This document shows, piece by piece, positions 30,519-46,650 of a stretch of DNA of 64,000 nucleotides; positions within the stretch are counted from its first letter, which is position 1; the number at the start of each line of letters is the position of its first letter. A model generated the notes under the pieces. The model was not told where the DNA came from, made no database searches, and saw only the letters and a list, made by a program, of their open reading frames with translations. The DNA lies in NCBI RefSeq assembly GCF_009914755.1, contig NC_060931.1; one strand, written 5' to 3'. A program made the translations under genes and the position numbers. Source of the stretch: the human T2T-CHM13v2.0 reference genome, Homo sapiens.

Positions 30519-31024
30519 ATGGATGAAGAGTTGTTTCTTATGGATGAGCAAAGAAAGTGATTTCTTGACATGGAATGTAATCCTGGTGAGGATGCCGTGA
30601 ACCATGTTGAAATGACAAAAAAAGGATTTAAAATATTACATAAACTTAGTTGACAAAGCATTGGCAGGGATTGAGAAGACTGACTCCAACTTTGAGAGAA
30701 TTTCTGCTATAGGTCACATGCTATCGAACTGCATACATGCTGCAGATAAATTCATGAAAGGATGAGTCAACAGACATTGCAAACTTCATTGCTGTCTTAT
30801 TTTAAGAAATGGTCACATCCACCCCAACCTTCAGCAACCACCACCCTGATCAGTCAGCAGCTATCAGCATGGAGGCAAGACACTCTACAGCAAAGATTAT
30901 GACTCACTAAAGGCCTAGATAATTGTTAGCATTTTTTAATTTAGCATTTAATGTTAGCATTTTTTTTAAGTTAAGGTGCATACTTTTTTTGACATAATGC
31001 TGTTGCACACTCAATAGACTATAG

Positions 31025-31417
<393 letters not shown>

Positions 31418-31859
31418 TAGTTCATCTATTGATGACCTTTGGTCCACAAGTAATTCGTCTACCTCATATGGTTGTTTTGAATATTAAAAGAGTTAATAAA
31501 TATAAATAAATATAAAATACTTAGGACAATGATTTTTACCTGTGTGTATGGTGGCCACCTCTTCCTCTCATGCCCTGCCAAAGGTGAAACTGTTCTCATA
31601 TCTCATCACTCTATTAGAGTAGCTTTTCTTTTTTTGAATTCAGGCTACTTGGTCATCTTGCAATCTTAGCTCTTTGGTGAGCTTTATTAAAGTTATGATT
31701 TTGTAGATTATCTGGCTTTTTCTCATTTTTAGGGTGGGACTATGTTCTTCGTACTTTCCTGCATGCTAGGTGGGAATAGAATTTCCCATTTTTCTTATTG
31801 TGTAATGTTTTCTTACTGATTTATACATGAACTGATGAATTATTTTAGAAATATATTTT

Positions 31860-33010
31860 TTAAAAAGCCTTAGAAGCAATGATACCTAATAGCAGTGATC
31901 ATACCTGGCACCCAGAAGGTGGTTTGAAATACCATTCCCAATAAAAATAGCCAAGGCGCTGTGAAGGATTGGCTTTCGCAGGGCAATAACAAGACAAGAA
32001 AGTACTCAAAAGCTGATGGAGATATCACAAAAGATGTAGCCTGCAGGTGTCCTACTCGCCAATTTGGGACTCTTTGAATATTACAAAGAACAACAATGAT
32101 GGATCATAAGCCTTAAAAATGAAGAATCCATGAGTTTCCAGTGATATTTCAGGATTGCCAGCTTGTAAATGCAGAAGGAATGATAGAAAATCGCCATTTT
32201 TTAAATCACCTGCGTAATAATTGATTCAGGTAGAGATCATCAGTGAATACTAAAACCACTGGATAAAAGATTGTTGGGAAACAAAGCCCACAGTCTCAAA
32301 GTATCTCAGATTACTTAATAATTTAAAAGGGAAAAATATACTTTGATAATGGAGAAATCTAGTGATCAAACTTAGCATCATGAATAATGGATAAACTGAC
32401 ATTGTCTGCCTCCCGAAGTGATATACTGAGAAGGCTATAACATCACCTATGTATTTTGCTGCACAAAGTGTTAACTAACTGAATATAATCATGAAGAATT
32501 AGACAAATCCAAATTCTAAAAGCAAAAATTGGACTCATCAAAAAATGTCAATGTCATGAAATCCAAAAGAAGGTAGACAGTCTGTTCAGGATTAAGGAAT
32601 ACTAAAGAAATAACTAACTGCAGTACAAGAGCCTGAATTGGAAAAATGAGAAACAATGGCAATCATGAGAGGCAGTATTGGAACAATTAGAGAAATTTTA
32701 GTATTAACTATATCTTAAATATTATGTATTGATGTTAGATGTCTTGAGAGGGACAGTGGTGTTATGGTTAAGTCTGTGTATGTTCTTGTTCTTAGGAGAT
32801 GCAAGATGAAATATTTAGTGGTACAGGGTCATGAAGTCTGCAATTTATTGGCAAATTTAACATCTCTGGAGAACATATACACATAGATAAAGCTAATGTG
32901 GAGGAAATGTTGGCAGCTGGTGAATCTGGGTGAAAGCTATAAATGGTGTTCATTGTACTGTTTAAAAATTGTTTTGGTTTGACACTTTTCCAAAATAACT
33001 TTGAGGGTAA
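31860..33010 (+). mobile_element. Old L1MC/ME 3' region
   Basis: cctggcacccaga..aaataccattccc; ggtgaatctgggtgaaagctat..gttcattgtact. Confidence 0.65.
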
Positions 33011-33706
33011 GAAGGTCCAGTAGCTGTTGTCAATTCTTGATCAGGGTTCTCTATTAAAAAATAATTTAATTCTTAGAAAACAGATATTCTCACTTGGATA
33101 GTAGTTACATAGCGATTCCTTTTTCATCTAAACTCTTATTTTTTTTTCTGGAAAGGGCAAATTCCTAGGAAGGCAAAGCTGCGAAGTAAAATAACCCTAT
33201 AAATAGTGAGCCCCATGTTCTTAGATTTGGCCTTAAAATGTACCAGCTACTTTCAGGATGAACATCTTATATTCATTCACGTTCCCTGATATTTGTGAAA
33301 GAAGGATCCTCACTGTGTCATGATTCCAAAGTTCAATCCCAAAAAGTTGCTGTTAGTTACATAGAGCTTGCTCTATGTATATTTACAACTGGTGAACCCA
33401 TGGGCTTGCCTTTTATTTTCTTCTCGTGCACTGATGTCTGGACTCTTCACCATGACCTCACTGATCATGATAAAAGTGATTTAAATTGCAGTTGATCTTT
33501 TAGCATATAATAAAGCTAACTTGTTTTCATAAAATGGGATGGCTATGCTGAAATTTCAGCCTAAGAAAGGTACTACAGATTATTATCTATGGAGATACTA
33601 TTTAAAATACTGTTATTACCAAAGGAGGTGCATCAGGATACATCTCAATAACTGATTTATTCTTTCTTATATATGTGTTAGAAGTAATCCATCCCAGAGT
33701 ATCTGA

Positions 33707-34031
<325 letters not shown>

Positions 34032-36139
34032 TGTGCTTATATTTAAATGTCTCTTGTCTCTTTTATGTTTTTCTTTGAAATATGCTGATTTTGTGAATTG
34101 ATGAAACCAGTATCAAATTTACCACAGGCTCTGTGTATTGATGACACAACCCAGGAAGAAAATTCTGAAAATCAGTTCCTAGAAAACGTGGTACAACAGT
34201 CTCTGCTCTGGTTTCTGAGGAACCCAACTAAGTTGGATACATTTTCTCTTTTTTCCTTATTTCTGAAAATTAATTTCAGAATATGGGGAAAAAGATTATA
34301 GACAAAGCCTTGTACTATAAGCATTATAGATAAAGCCTGATACCACATTTTTCTTCTTTTAAAGAACAATCCAACCCTATTAAACATATATCTGACGATT
34401 CTCCATAGATAAAAGAAATAGTTCTTGGAAACAATAATGCCTTATATTTAGCTTTTTAGATTGTTCAATCTGTGTTCACATTTCACTTGAATCTCCCACT
34501 CAGTGAGGAAGTCGAGGTGAGATTCGTATCCTCATTTGACAGGTTAGGGAAAAAAAGAATCCTTTGATTATGACGAGTTGTGCTGGAGATGTAACTAGAA
34601 TTTAGATTTTCTTTCTCATAGTCTGTTGGTTTTTCCACTTAAGTGCTTTGTCCAGGTGGCATCATAGTTGGCACCATTCCATGATTTTTGAAGGGCAGTT
34701 TTTCCCATATAGACATCTATGATGCCTGATAACTTGACTTTAAAGTAATTACTGGGAAGGTTTATAGAATTCTTTGTAGCTTTTTCTTTTTGTTTTTTCA
34801 ACTAGATTCTTAAGACCCTGCCAACCCAGAACCAAATAAGGCATAGAGGGGAGTTCATGGGGAGTTAGAACCTTTCCCTTTTCCCTATTTGCCATTCCTG
34901 GCTAATTACATGGACTCCTTCTTTTTAGACCCTGGCTTTGATGATTCTCTTAAGATGATGCTTGAAGCTGCTTCAGAACTCCTTTAGAACACCTTCTACT
35001 TTGTTTCTTTCTCTTTATCTAGGATCCCTGAAATTTCCAGATTAGGCATCTATCTAGTTTATAGGACTTGTTTTCTTTTCAGTGTTCCTTAAGCGTTTAT
35101 TCCAACCTGCTCGCTCCATTATTTTCTTCCACAAACCCTAGGCCATTTTCTCCCAGGGATTTACTGTTTCTAGGGGAGGCTGTGAATTGGGGCAGCACAT
35201 CTCCTTTGCTGTGAAGATCTGACTGTGTGCTTGTCTTTCTTTTTCTTTTTGTTTTTGTTTACTGACCCAACCATCTCAAAATTTGACTGCCTACCCAGAT
35301 GAGTGGGTTAAGATACAGTGGGACTTTGTCTATTATTGGCTTCTACTTTGTCCATCTGACCTTGCATGCTTTTTCTGTGTTCATGTGTACCCCAACAGGG
35401 ACTAGTCTCTCCATGACTGGTCCTCAGGGCTATTCTGAATCCTGACAGTCCTATGCCCATCTGGAATACTAATTATTCTCTAGATCTGCTCACACATATT
35501 CTGCCTTGCTGGCTCATTTCCTGTTGTCCAGAGCCATTCTCACCTTTTGCTAGGATACAGCACTCCACATCAGTGGAACTTTGGGGTCACAAGGCTTTTT
35601 ATTTAATTCTAATGGAATGTTCCTAAAAACTCTTCCCCCCGAGATGAAGAAAGAGAAAACAGGGTTAGAGGATCAGTCGGCAACCCTCAGTACTTATCTC
35701 AGTGCTTCTTGCCTACACTACATGCTTTAGAACAGCATTTACCAAGAAATATGAATTATACAAAAATGTCCTCCCAAAGAAGGGTTGCACAGTTAACAAC
35801 TCAGGAAAGCTGTATATTGTGCTTCCTCTTTTGGAAATGTGTAATGTACATTAACATATTAAAGACTCTAAGAACTGTAGTAAACATAACTGGCTTCAAA
35901 CCAAGTAAGTTTGGTATTTTCCAATTTATTTCACCATGGAATCTTCTATCATCATCATCAGCAGCAGCATCATCATCCTCAGACATAGCACTTGTTAACA
36001 TGTTATGAAACATTTGGGGAAATGATGCTAAAGACATATACTGTTATTTCTCTCCCTTGGACTAGAATCACTTTCTTCTCTCCTTTCTCTTCTTTCCAGT
36101 TCTTTCCAATCTCCCCTAATCTAGGTACCTTGTTTTTTA

Positions 36140-36400
36140 AATGATGGCCAAATAGTGCAAAGTTGCAGTTAGATAGGAGGAATAAGTTTTGAGATCTATT
36201 GCACAGCAGGGTGACTATAGTTGATAATAACGTATATTTAAACATAACTAAGAGAATAAACTTCAAATGTCTCACCACAAAAAAGGATAAGTAAATGAGG
36301 TGATGAATATTTAATTAGCTTGATTTAATCATCCCACATGTCAATTACATTGTACCCCATAAACATATACAAGTGTGATTTATCAATTAAAAATAATAAT
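36140..36400 (+). mobile_element. L1MA 3' end
   Basis: agttagataggaggaataagtttt..ctattgcacagcagggtgactatagtt..cattgtaccccataaacatatac. Confidence 0.8.
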
Positions 36401-37339
36401 TTATGTTTTGTTTTAAAATTTATATTTTCCTTGACCATCTCCTTAGCTCCCCCCACCCATTGTACAATTGTACCTACTTCCCTGATACTCAATAGGTATC
36501 TCAATATAAATCAGAAGCCTTTGGTGTATGAAAACTTACCACACTATTATACTTACTTAGCAATTTTGTTAAGTTGAAGGCATTAAGTGGGATTTAATTT
36601 AGACAATTTTTAGATTCAGTTCTAGATGAGAGAATTAAGAGGGACACTGACAAGCAACAGAGGGGGTTGGGTAAACAAGATAATGAGGCTGTAAAATCAT
36701 GGCGGAACAACGGAAAGACTAGACGTTTAGCTTGGAGAGCATTAAGGCTAGGGAGGGAATGTAAGTGCTTCGAGGCAGAGAGTATGTTAGTGTGTTCACC
36801 ATTGTGTCCTCAACTCCCAGCACCATGCTTGGCTGAGTAGGGGTTCCATCAATACTGAGTGGATGAGTGAAAACATACCTGTCTTCAGATACATGAGAGG
36901 TGAGGTTTGTGAAATTCCAGTGAGGGTAGGAATATTTTTGGCTCATGTAAAAGCTTTATGAGGTTATTCTGTCACCTCATTTTATGATTAAATATAGTAA
37001 TTTTTAAATTTTATGTATTTATTTATTATAAATTTTTACTATTGGCCACTCACTGCTAGCAATTGAGGATACAGTGCTGATAACCCCTTTATACACTCAT
37101 AGGAGATAATGTAGAGAAGGTTGTTTAAGCAAAAGATGACCCTGTTTTCAGAGGTAGAAGCCAACGTTCAAAAGTTAAGTGACTTGCCTAGGATCACTTA
37201 GGTATTCTGTGAGGATTCTCACTTCAAAACAATTGTTCTACGTTATTATGCCATTTTATAGATCTGTAGTGGTCAGCATGTAACATTCCTAAGAAATAAT
37301 ACAGTCTTTAAATGATCACTTATACTTTGATAAAATCAT

Positions 37340-37799
37340 CACTTATTACACCCCAAAATTCTGGAGTCATCTTTGACTCCCCCATTCAGGCAAGAAGTCA
37401 TGTTGGCTCTACCTTCAAAATATATCCAAAATCAAGCATTTCTTCTTGCCTCTGTTCTTACCACTCTGGTCCCAGCTGCCTTCATCTTTTATCTGGATCA
37501 TTCCAGGAGTCCTCAAATTCTTATCATTCCCTCTCCCCTTGCCTCCCTACAATCTGTTGTCAGCACAACAGCCAGTGTGTGGTCAGGAATTAGAGCATGT
37601 CACTTCTCTGCCCAGAGCCCATCAACAGCTTCCCATCTCCGAATAACACCAAAGTCATTCAAAGGCCTTCAAGGCCAAACACAGTCCAGTCCCTCTGACC
37701 TCTCCGGCCTCATTTGGATTTCTCATGTACTTCAGGTCTCTGTTCAAATGTTAGTGCATCATTGATATCCTCCATCACCTCCTTATATTAATAAGCAAT

Positions 37800-37800
<1 letters not shown>
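37340..37800 (+). mobile_element. L2 fragment
   Basis: ggagtcatctttgactcc..ggctctaccttcaaaatatatcc. Confidence 0.7.
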
Positions 37801-38156
<356 letters not shown>

Positions 38157-39752
38157 TCATCCCACTCTCTCTGCTTTCTACTATTTCTAGCTCCTTTATT
38201 GTTGGTACATAAAGCAATGATTAGAGAAAAATCTTTTTCCTTACCATTCCCTCTTGGTTGCTGATGCCCCTGTGCTGGCTGTCTTATGGGTTCATGTGTG
38301 AATTCTTTGGGATTCCTCCCCATGGCGTACATAGTTTTCTGATGTTAGAGATCTGTTCTAGCTCCACTTTTCAACTTCCTGTGGAGAGCATCCAGGCTTG
38401 GCTCTCTCCACAGCTTCTAACTACTGGGATACTATCATCCCTGGGCTAGGCTCTTAGATGGGGCATTGTCAAGATGACTCAAAGCCCTGTTATCTTACAC
38501 ACTATCCACTAGGCACCCAGAAAACTAATATGTCCTTGCTGTACCAGCCACTGAGTTGCTGCACGTTCTCCTTTTTTCTCTGCCATTTCTCTCTGGTTCC
38601 CTTGTCCCTTACTAAAGCAGGTACAGAGAGTGAAGATTCAAGTCTACTGCATGAGCAGATACTCGACAAAGGGATGAGAGGCCAGCATCCTTTCCTTGCA
38701 GGCTTCTTTTATTGTGTTTGATTCTCCTAGAAATTTCTCTGATTCTCCTAGTCATTCCAAAGCAAGTGACCTGCTTTTGGCGTAGTGGAAACAGGAGTGA
38801 ATGTGGTGTTGGGGGAAGCACTCTTACCCTTGCGGAGAAGACAGCATGCTTTCTCTAGGCAGCGACTTGCACTGCCAAGGATTTGCCTCCAGTTCCTACT
38901 CTTCTCCTTGCACTGGCTGTGGTGGGAATCAAGCTGGTTCTGCCCACTTTTAGCAACTTCTGTGGAGTCTTATGTAGCATTCGGTAGCTCTCTTTAGAGT
39001 GTGGGGGCACTGGGTGCCTGTCAGTTTTCAGCTCTTAGACTTTAGATGAAATTCTGAGCTACAGGAAAAATTCCATTTAGAATCCTGGTACCTAGATTAT
39101 TTATAATTTTTAAGGAAGGTTCAGGGTAGAGTATAAACTCTTAGGGACATTGGCTGTATTGTGCATTTTTTCTATATATTGCTTAATTCACTGATTTATT
39201 AGAAACTCACTGATTATAATATGCAGTATTTGGCCATAAAGCATTGGACCAAATCCAAATCACTTTTTATTTCGACTTTTTGTAACACGTATTTGACTGT
39301 AGTTTCAGATATTCAGGTGAAACATTCTAGAGTACCAGGATTCTGATCTGACTTGAGAGCTCTTGATCCTATAAGGAAAATGCAGGCTTAAGTTATCTTT
39401 GCCTTGGACAAGTACATGAAAGAAAAGAAATTCTAGCTGACCTGACTACTGACTGGCTCGAGAGGTAACATAGTTAGGTACTCTCAAATTTACAGTCCAA
39501 AGTATGACAGTATGTTCCCCTGCCAGCAGATTCATGAAACCTGATGTGTAAAAATTACCTTCATATTACAGTGTGGCTTATTCAAGTATTTTTACTAAGC
39601 ACTCACAGGGTTAATGTCTTTAATGTTTGAGCAGACTTTTTAGAATTTTGGTTTGATGAAAAGTAGGCCATGAACATTTGCTGAGTACTTAGATGTAAAG
39701 AGTTCTGAGTGATTATAGTCATGAATTTAAATGAAATGTATTTAACTTCCAG

Positions 39753-39832
39753 GGTGAAAAGGAACAGCCTGTATTTGCAATGACCGGCCTTCGATGGGGA
39801 TCTTTCAGAGATGCTGGCGTCAAAGTTAGCAA
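39753..39832 (+). CDS. AGK: AGK exon 10 ([27 protein letters not shown])
   Basis: acttccag|GGTGAA ... AGCAA|gtaaag; 80 nt. Confidence 0.96.
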
Positions 39833-42204
39833 GTAAAGGATTACTATATTGATGTGTGATGTTTTTTAAAAAAATCTTATTCTGTCCCTGCCTTTCAGGT
39901 TTTAATTCACAGTGATCTTCTGGGAATAAATTTGGTGGGCCTGGAGGTTGAATTATGTGTGAATAATGGAGGTAGGAACAATCAGGTAGAGGTTTATGTC
40001 CTATATGCAGAAAGGCTGGGGAAAGTTGCAGCTTCCTCAACACTAGCTGGGCAGTAGCTGAAGAGGAGAAGGGTATGTCTCTATTTTTAGACACACTATT
40101 TGAGCATAGGTTAGGCTCAAGCTAGGCTGTAGGGAGAACTGGATTGCCTATCATTCTGCAGCTGCTTAGCTGGGTACCAAGTGGAAGGGACTGCCTGGGC
40201 TACAGCCTTACGGAGCTGTTGCAGTCAGACAACTTTTCCTGAGAGGTATTTTTGTGAAGGCCTCGCAGATTGGGAGACCACAGGCCGCTGCTCTTAGAGG
40301 AGGAAGAAAGGCGGCGCCTGGCTGTGCTGTGAGATGGGAGAAACAGGCCTATCGAGGAGCTGATTAGAGGGCCAGTGTTGGCTTTTCATGAGAATTGACT
40401 TATTTTTGGAGAATCCATTGTATGCAATGAAACTCTTGGCTTGGAGAGAGGGTGTGTCATGTTCCATTTGCTGTGGAGAGGTAAAGTAGGCAAGGGCTTG
40501 CTGAGCAGGACTGCAGGGGACACCATGTGAGATTCGCTTCATACCTGGTGGTGGTATTTTCTCTTTACCTTTTCTTAAAATCGAGGGCTTACAGTTTGAG
40601 TATAGTTTAAATGAATTGTGGCTGATCTCACACATAGCTCTCAAGAAATTGCTCTTTCACTTAATAGGCCAGCCTGCCATGCTTTTTTTTTTTTTTTAAC
40701 AGAAATTTCTCTCACTTGTTTCACTTTATTATTCTTGCTAATGAGATTCCTGACAGTGAAATGTCAAAAGAGAGACATTACCATATTATATTACACATTG
40801 CATTCTGAAGTATTTCACATCTTTTTATTTGCAAGTGTGCCATGATTATGGGATTCTACAAATTACCTTGTGTTTGATCTGAAATCTCAAATCCAGCAGC
40901 TCACCAAGAGAAACTGCTTAGCTTTCCCCAAAAAAGTCTGGTTAGGACAAATTGCTTTCCAAAATGTGTTAAGCAACAAGAAAGCACAGTACAGATCAAC
41001 GCTTTTAGGACTATTTTATATACTAGCCCCATATCTCGATTGGTTTCTGCACAAAGAATTTTAAAATTCTGATTGTTATTATGTGCTACCTTGGCTAGGC
41101 CCTTCCACAGAGTTGCTGTTTGTATTAAGAAAGAAATGGTAGAGATATGAGAAATCATTTCCTAGCTGGCTGTAGGAAGACTACAAAGTCAGTGGCAAAA
41201 TGTACTATTGGTAGAGATGAAGGAAACTGAGGAAATTTTAGAAGGTAACTGCCTGAGTTGAGATGACCTTCTACTTGGCTAACTAGGGAAAGAAGCAAAC
41301 TATAAAGTAAATTTTAAAAAATAATAACACAAAAAATCAGATGATCAAGGGCCTCATTAGTAGTAGCACAGTATCAACCTGAATAATAATTTAGAATGTT
41401 TCTGCATTCCCTCTTGGATTATATCTAAGCTCTTTGTCTGTTATTCCAGGCCCAACTTACTCTGTCATCACCCCTAATTATATAATTATGTATCTTTACT
41501 TCTAAGCTTTTCTCTCTTTCTCTGACTGTTATCCTATTTCCCATACTCTAAGTTTTGTACCCTGACTTTATTCTGTGCCATTCATTTTATAGGCATGGCT
41601 GCTCCAGTGATTTTAGGCCCTTAATGACTTTGTCTCTTTTTGATTCCCCTTACCAATAAGCAGTGATCAGTTTATGCTTTTCCTTATAGTCATTCATTGT
41701 TTGCTTTTACATATTTGGGTCTTATTTTCTCAAATCATAAGCTCTCAAAGGTGGGAAATTTATACTTTATATTTCTTCTGTTTCCTCCGCATTCATAGTG
41801 GGTGCTAAATAAATGTATATGATCAGAATCAACAGAGAGCAGTTAATGTTGAGTGATTTGTTAACAGAGATAAGTTTTAAGAGAAGAATCTATTTTATGC
41901 CGTTTTCTAATTCCGATTAGGTGTCTTCCTCTCTCCAGTAGCTTTTATGTATTTAGCAATATGCAATAGATTCTCGTTATTCCCAGATTTAACATTTGCC
42001 ATTTTAGAGCTATATAACATGAGTAATGTGAAATTATGCTGGTTTACACATTTTTAATTGAGTGTGCATATGTGCATTTGTGTGTGTGAGAGGACATGGT
42101 GTACAGGATCTAGTCATTTAGCTTGGGATCAGCACATCAGAGCATGCAGTGTTTGCATCTTAGTGTGGCTGTATCATCCTTTACTCATAGCTCTTTTGAA
42201 CGTA

Positions 42205-42490
42205 CACTTGACCCATTGTATCCATAGATGTAAACAAATGCAGATAGAGAATATTTGGGGAAAAAAATATTCCACAAAATTCCAAAAAGCAAAACTGGAA
42301 TTGGCTGCACACCGAGTACTGTGTTGAATCCGTGCAAATAAAGTGATGTGTAGGCACTGTATTAAGTGTTATAAGCAATGTAGAGATGATTTAAAATATA
42401 CAAGAGAATGTACATAGGTTACGTGCAAATATGCCATTTTATATCCGGGACTTGAACATCTGCAGACTTTGGACTGAGGGACAACTCTAT
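42205..42490 (-). mobile_element. MER2B/Tigger-family MITE
   Basis: ttccacaaaattccaaaaagcaaaact..tagagatgatttaaa..gagggacaact. Confidence 0.65.
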
Positions 42491-42811
42491 ACCAAACTGT
42501 ATTCTATGGCTTAAAGGATGTGTTTAAAGGATGTTGTGAATTTAGTGACTCAAGGAGCCTGGTTATATATCTCTCATAAATTGCAAGAATCTTTACTGCG
42601 TAACTAATTACATATAACTTGACAAGGCATCAAAACGTGGATTTAAAATTGAATGTAATACTCTTTTATACTAAGCCATAACCTCCTAGCTACCAGAATA
42701 GCCACTCATAGCAGAGATGTAATTCTAATGTATTGTCTGCCATGAATGGTATCTATCACATGATAGTTCTTTTGATATTCTTATCAGATTTTTATCTTGG
42801 TCTTTTCACAG

Positions 42812-42869
42812 GTACTGGTATCTTGGGCCTCTAAAAATCAAAGCAGCCCACTTTTTCAGCACTCTTAAG
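42812..42869 (+). CDS. AGK: AGK exon 11 (YWYLGPLKIKAAHFFSTLK)
   Basis: cttttcacag|GTACTGG ... CTTAAG|gtaaat; 58 nt. Confidence 0.96.
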
Positions 42870-43914
42870 GTAAATGTGATTTACAGTGTAGAAATTTGCT
42901 GTGTTATTTTGTTGTTTCTCTGTAATGCATATATTTGGTATTTTTTTTTAATTCCTTGCTACAGATGAATGTGGCATGCTTCAACACTAAAACAGGGCAT
43001 GTTTGATTAAATACAAATATAGAACGCATTCCTGTTTTGATAAGCAATCACCCTTTATCTACCAATTCATTCCCTCTACTACCAAACCCATATTTAATCT
43101 CTCTTAAGCATTCTACTTGCCTTTGCTATTAATTCACTCTCTTGCCCGACAGACCTTGAACATAATGACATATTCTTCAGCGATTATTTTATGCTTGTCT
43201 ATGTTAGTACCTGGAAATGAATTGAAGATTTGTATCTGAATATATAATATCTAATTGTACAGGTTTGTGTTTGTATCAGTAGGTTTCAAACTGTACCAGC
43301 TAAATATGGGCGGTGGTTACTGTATTGGAGAGTATAGATATGGAACATTTCCATGATCAGAAAAAGTTTTGTTGGGCACTGCTACTCTATATGATACAAT
43401 AAAAAATACTGGCATAGAGAAAAGCCTAACAATTTTTATTAGTGAAAATGCTAATAGAAAAGTCATCTTTAACTGTGGACTACAGACTATATTCAGCTTT
43501 TATGCAAATCAAAGTGGTATATTGATAGTTTGGCCAATCTGAAAATTGGCAGATGGGGTTTGAATGTAGTGAGAAGGTTGGTTCCAATGTTAATATTCAG
43601 AGTTATTGAATGTTTTTCTAATTATAAAAGTAATACATGTTCCTTGCAAAACATTTGGAAAACATAGCTTCCTTTACCTTTTAAAAAAATTCTGGCTGGA
43701 TTAAAAAATTAAATGTAAAACCCTAAAATCACTGAACTACTAGAAGTAAATGTATGTGATTTTAAAAATGAACTTTGCAGGGCAAGGTCTTTATATACCA
43801 AGGGCAAACTGGATTAGTAAAATCGGTTATTCCTCGAGTTTCATTGGTGGAGTTGTGAGTGCATTTAGGAAGAAATAGAGTAGCTACATATTTAAATGGA
43901 ATATAAACTGTTGC

Positions 43915-46650
43915 CACTATTTATTCAGCAAACAATAGTTGACATATGCTTGGGATACAAAGTCAAATGAGACAGGTTTCCTGCCCTCAAGAAGTATTCA
44001 GATGCTGGGAGGGAAGTGTAAGTAAATCAGCAGTTTGGCAAGTGCTGTGAGAGAAAGATAGAAAGATTAAGAAGGGAGCAGAGAGGAGGGGCATCTAAAT
44101 CTAATGAGGGTCAGAAAATCTTCCCAGCAGAGGAGACACACTAAATTTTGAAACATTTAAAGGCTGTGTGAAGTCACAGTGGTGTGACATGGCCCTTAAT
44201 TATGATTAATGCAGTAAAATGGCAGGAAGTGAAGCCAGTGGGTTAGGTAAGGGCAGGTTATGGCGGGTTTTGATGTGCAATTTGACTTTTATCCTTAAAG
44301 CAATGGGGAGTTATTGAGTCTTGAGCAGAGGCATGAAATGAGCAGATTTGCATTTTAGAAAAATTGTTTTTTTCTAAACAGAAAAACAGATAGGATGTAG
44401 GTAGCTCAAGGCAAGGACATTAGATAGAAGGTTGTTAAAGTAGTCAGGTGGGAAGTGACGTATAGACTAAGGAGGTAACAGTATTGACAATAGAAGATGG
44501 ATTAAAGAACTCTTAAGTTAGAACCTCAAAAGTCAGAAGAATGTAGGATTATCAGATTTCTGGTATGAGGGACTAGAGTTTGGTAACTGGAGTTTTCCAC
44601 TGATGTTGGTAATACTAGAGTAAATCAAGTTTGTGAAGAGAGATGAAATTTTCAGTTTAATCTATGTAGAGTTTAACATACCTGTGGTACAGACAAGCAA
44701 AGATACAATTGTGATTTAGGTCGGAATTCAGCAGAGAGGTCTGGACTAAAGAAACAGATTCAAATGTCATAAGTGTGTGAGCGGTGTTGAAACCATGGGT
44801 TGGGTGAAATTACCATTGAGTACAGATGGCCAGGAATATCCCTAAGGGACATAAACATTTAAAGAACCACCAAAAATGACTGAGAAGTGCTAAGAGAAAA
44901 TGCAGGAGAGAATACTAACATAGAAGCCAATAGAAGAGAGAATTTCAAGAAAAAAGTAAGAGTTTCGAGAAGCAAAAGCAAAGACTTTAAATATACAGAC
45001 AAGAGAGTATCCATCGAATTTGGCAGCCTCCAAAAGCTGGGCAGCCTCCAAAGTGTGGTGGCTGAAGCCAGACTGAAGAAAGTCAAGAAATAAAAGTGAT
45101 GTAAAGAAGTGGAGACAGCAAGGACAGGCTACTCCTTCAAGAAACCTGACTTTGAAGAGAAGGAGATAGGGAAGGCAAAAGCTGAGAGAAACATGGGGTC
45201 AATATGGAATTTTTAAAAGTGGAGAATATCCATGTGTTTCTAGACTGAAGAAAAAGAAAAGAATGTGAGGAGGTGAGAAGGGAGACAGAAAGCATGACTG
45301 AATTGGCAAAATCCAAGAGCGGGTAGAAGGGCGTGGGATCCAGAGTACTGGATTGTCCCTGGACAGGACAAGGGGCACCTTTTTTCATTGATACAGAAGA
45401 GGAGTAAAGGGTAGGTCCAGATGAAAATGAGATTAGAGAAAGTTAAGGTATTCTCACTGATGTCCCTGATATTCTCACTGAAGTGTAGGAAGCAAAGTGA
45501 TCCTGTCAGAAAGGTGGTGAGTAGTGGTATGGGGTATCCTGAAGAAAGATGAATGTAGGAGGAGGCTTAGGATTATCAAGTAGCACTGAAGACCTGAGGC
45601 TAACAATTTGTAGACATGAATGCTCCTTTGGGTGACTGCTTTTCCCTGTATTAATACTCAGCAGGAGTATCATTTTCTTCTCTAGTAATACTGAGCCATG
45701 ATGTAAGAGTACAGGAACTTAATGACAAGGCTGATCCAGAACTGGGGCTTTTTAGGACATATTGTAGAAGAATAAAGACACAGGAAAGCCAAGAGTAAGT
45801 GGAAAAAGAAAGCACTTGAAAGTAATTGACTATCAGTTTGGCACTGAGGGGAAAATGAGTGGTCAGGGAGTAGAATCCTCAATGTGATTGAAAACTTGGT
45901 GCAGTTAGGTCTTCAGGGGCCCACAATAAAACCCCTCTCTTCCTCTTTTTAGTTTGAACCAAGGTATGAAAACAAATGCAGGAACTAGGCAGATGAAGAT
46001 CAAAACGTCATCTTTATAAATGTCAGCAGGAGTGGAGGACAGAGCACAGATACGTGGTCTCTATCTGATCTCCTAATACTGTGAACAAAGGTGTCCATTG
46101 AAACAGCTCCTTCAGGGCAGAGACCACCACAAGAAGCTAATTTTCACCACATGAAAATTAGAAGCAGTGACCGTTTGAGACAAGGACAGCTGCTGTCAGA
46201 GAGAAAGGAAAGGGCTGGATCCATGCATTGGTCCTTCTAGACTTGGGGAGGAGTGAGTAAGCAGTGGAGTGAGAGAAGCCAGTGTTGCTACTGCTTTGTA
46301 ATTCACCACCTGGAAACTTGAGAACAGGGAAGCATTTCACCCTAAGAGACACAATGGGCACAAAAGAATCAACCAGAAGAATATGGGATGTGATTAGAGA
46401 GCAGGATCTCAGGGTTTTAGATTTCCAAAGTGGAATAGTTCTGGGTGACATTAGGGGCCAGGATGTGGCCATGGAAATGGGTGGATGTGGTGAATCAGAG
46501 GTGATGTCAAGGGCTGAGAGGCTGGGGTATGGTTTTATTCATTCATGCGGTCAGGATGTGATCCAGGGTGACACTGGACTTGGGATGCCAGGACATAGAA
46601 GACAAAAAAAATTAGAGTGTGAGGGTGATGGGCTTTGAAGCAGAAGTGAG
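43915..46650 (-). mobile_element. Long degenerate L2 region
   Basis: Starts ttattcagcaaac..cctgccctcaagaag; purine-rich L2 body; minus-strand translation LLLLLETL..FSLL is L2 RT-like. Confidence 0.6.

Noticed and set aside
39870-39900. Good acceptor (ctgcctttcag|gt) 66 nt after the weak exon 10 donor
   Set aside because: The implied intron is at or below the minimum size for human U2 introns, and there is no other support.
39603-40094. 163-aa antisense ORF across exon 10
   Set aside because: Shadow ORF with a non-ATG start, no homology and no supporting signals.
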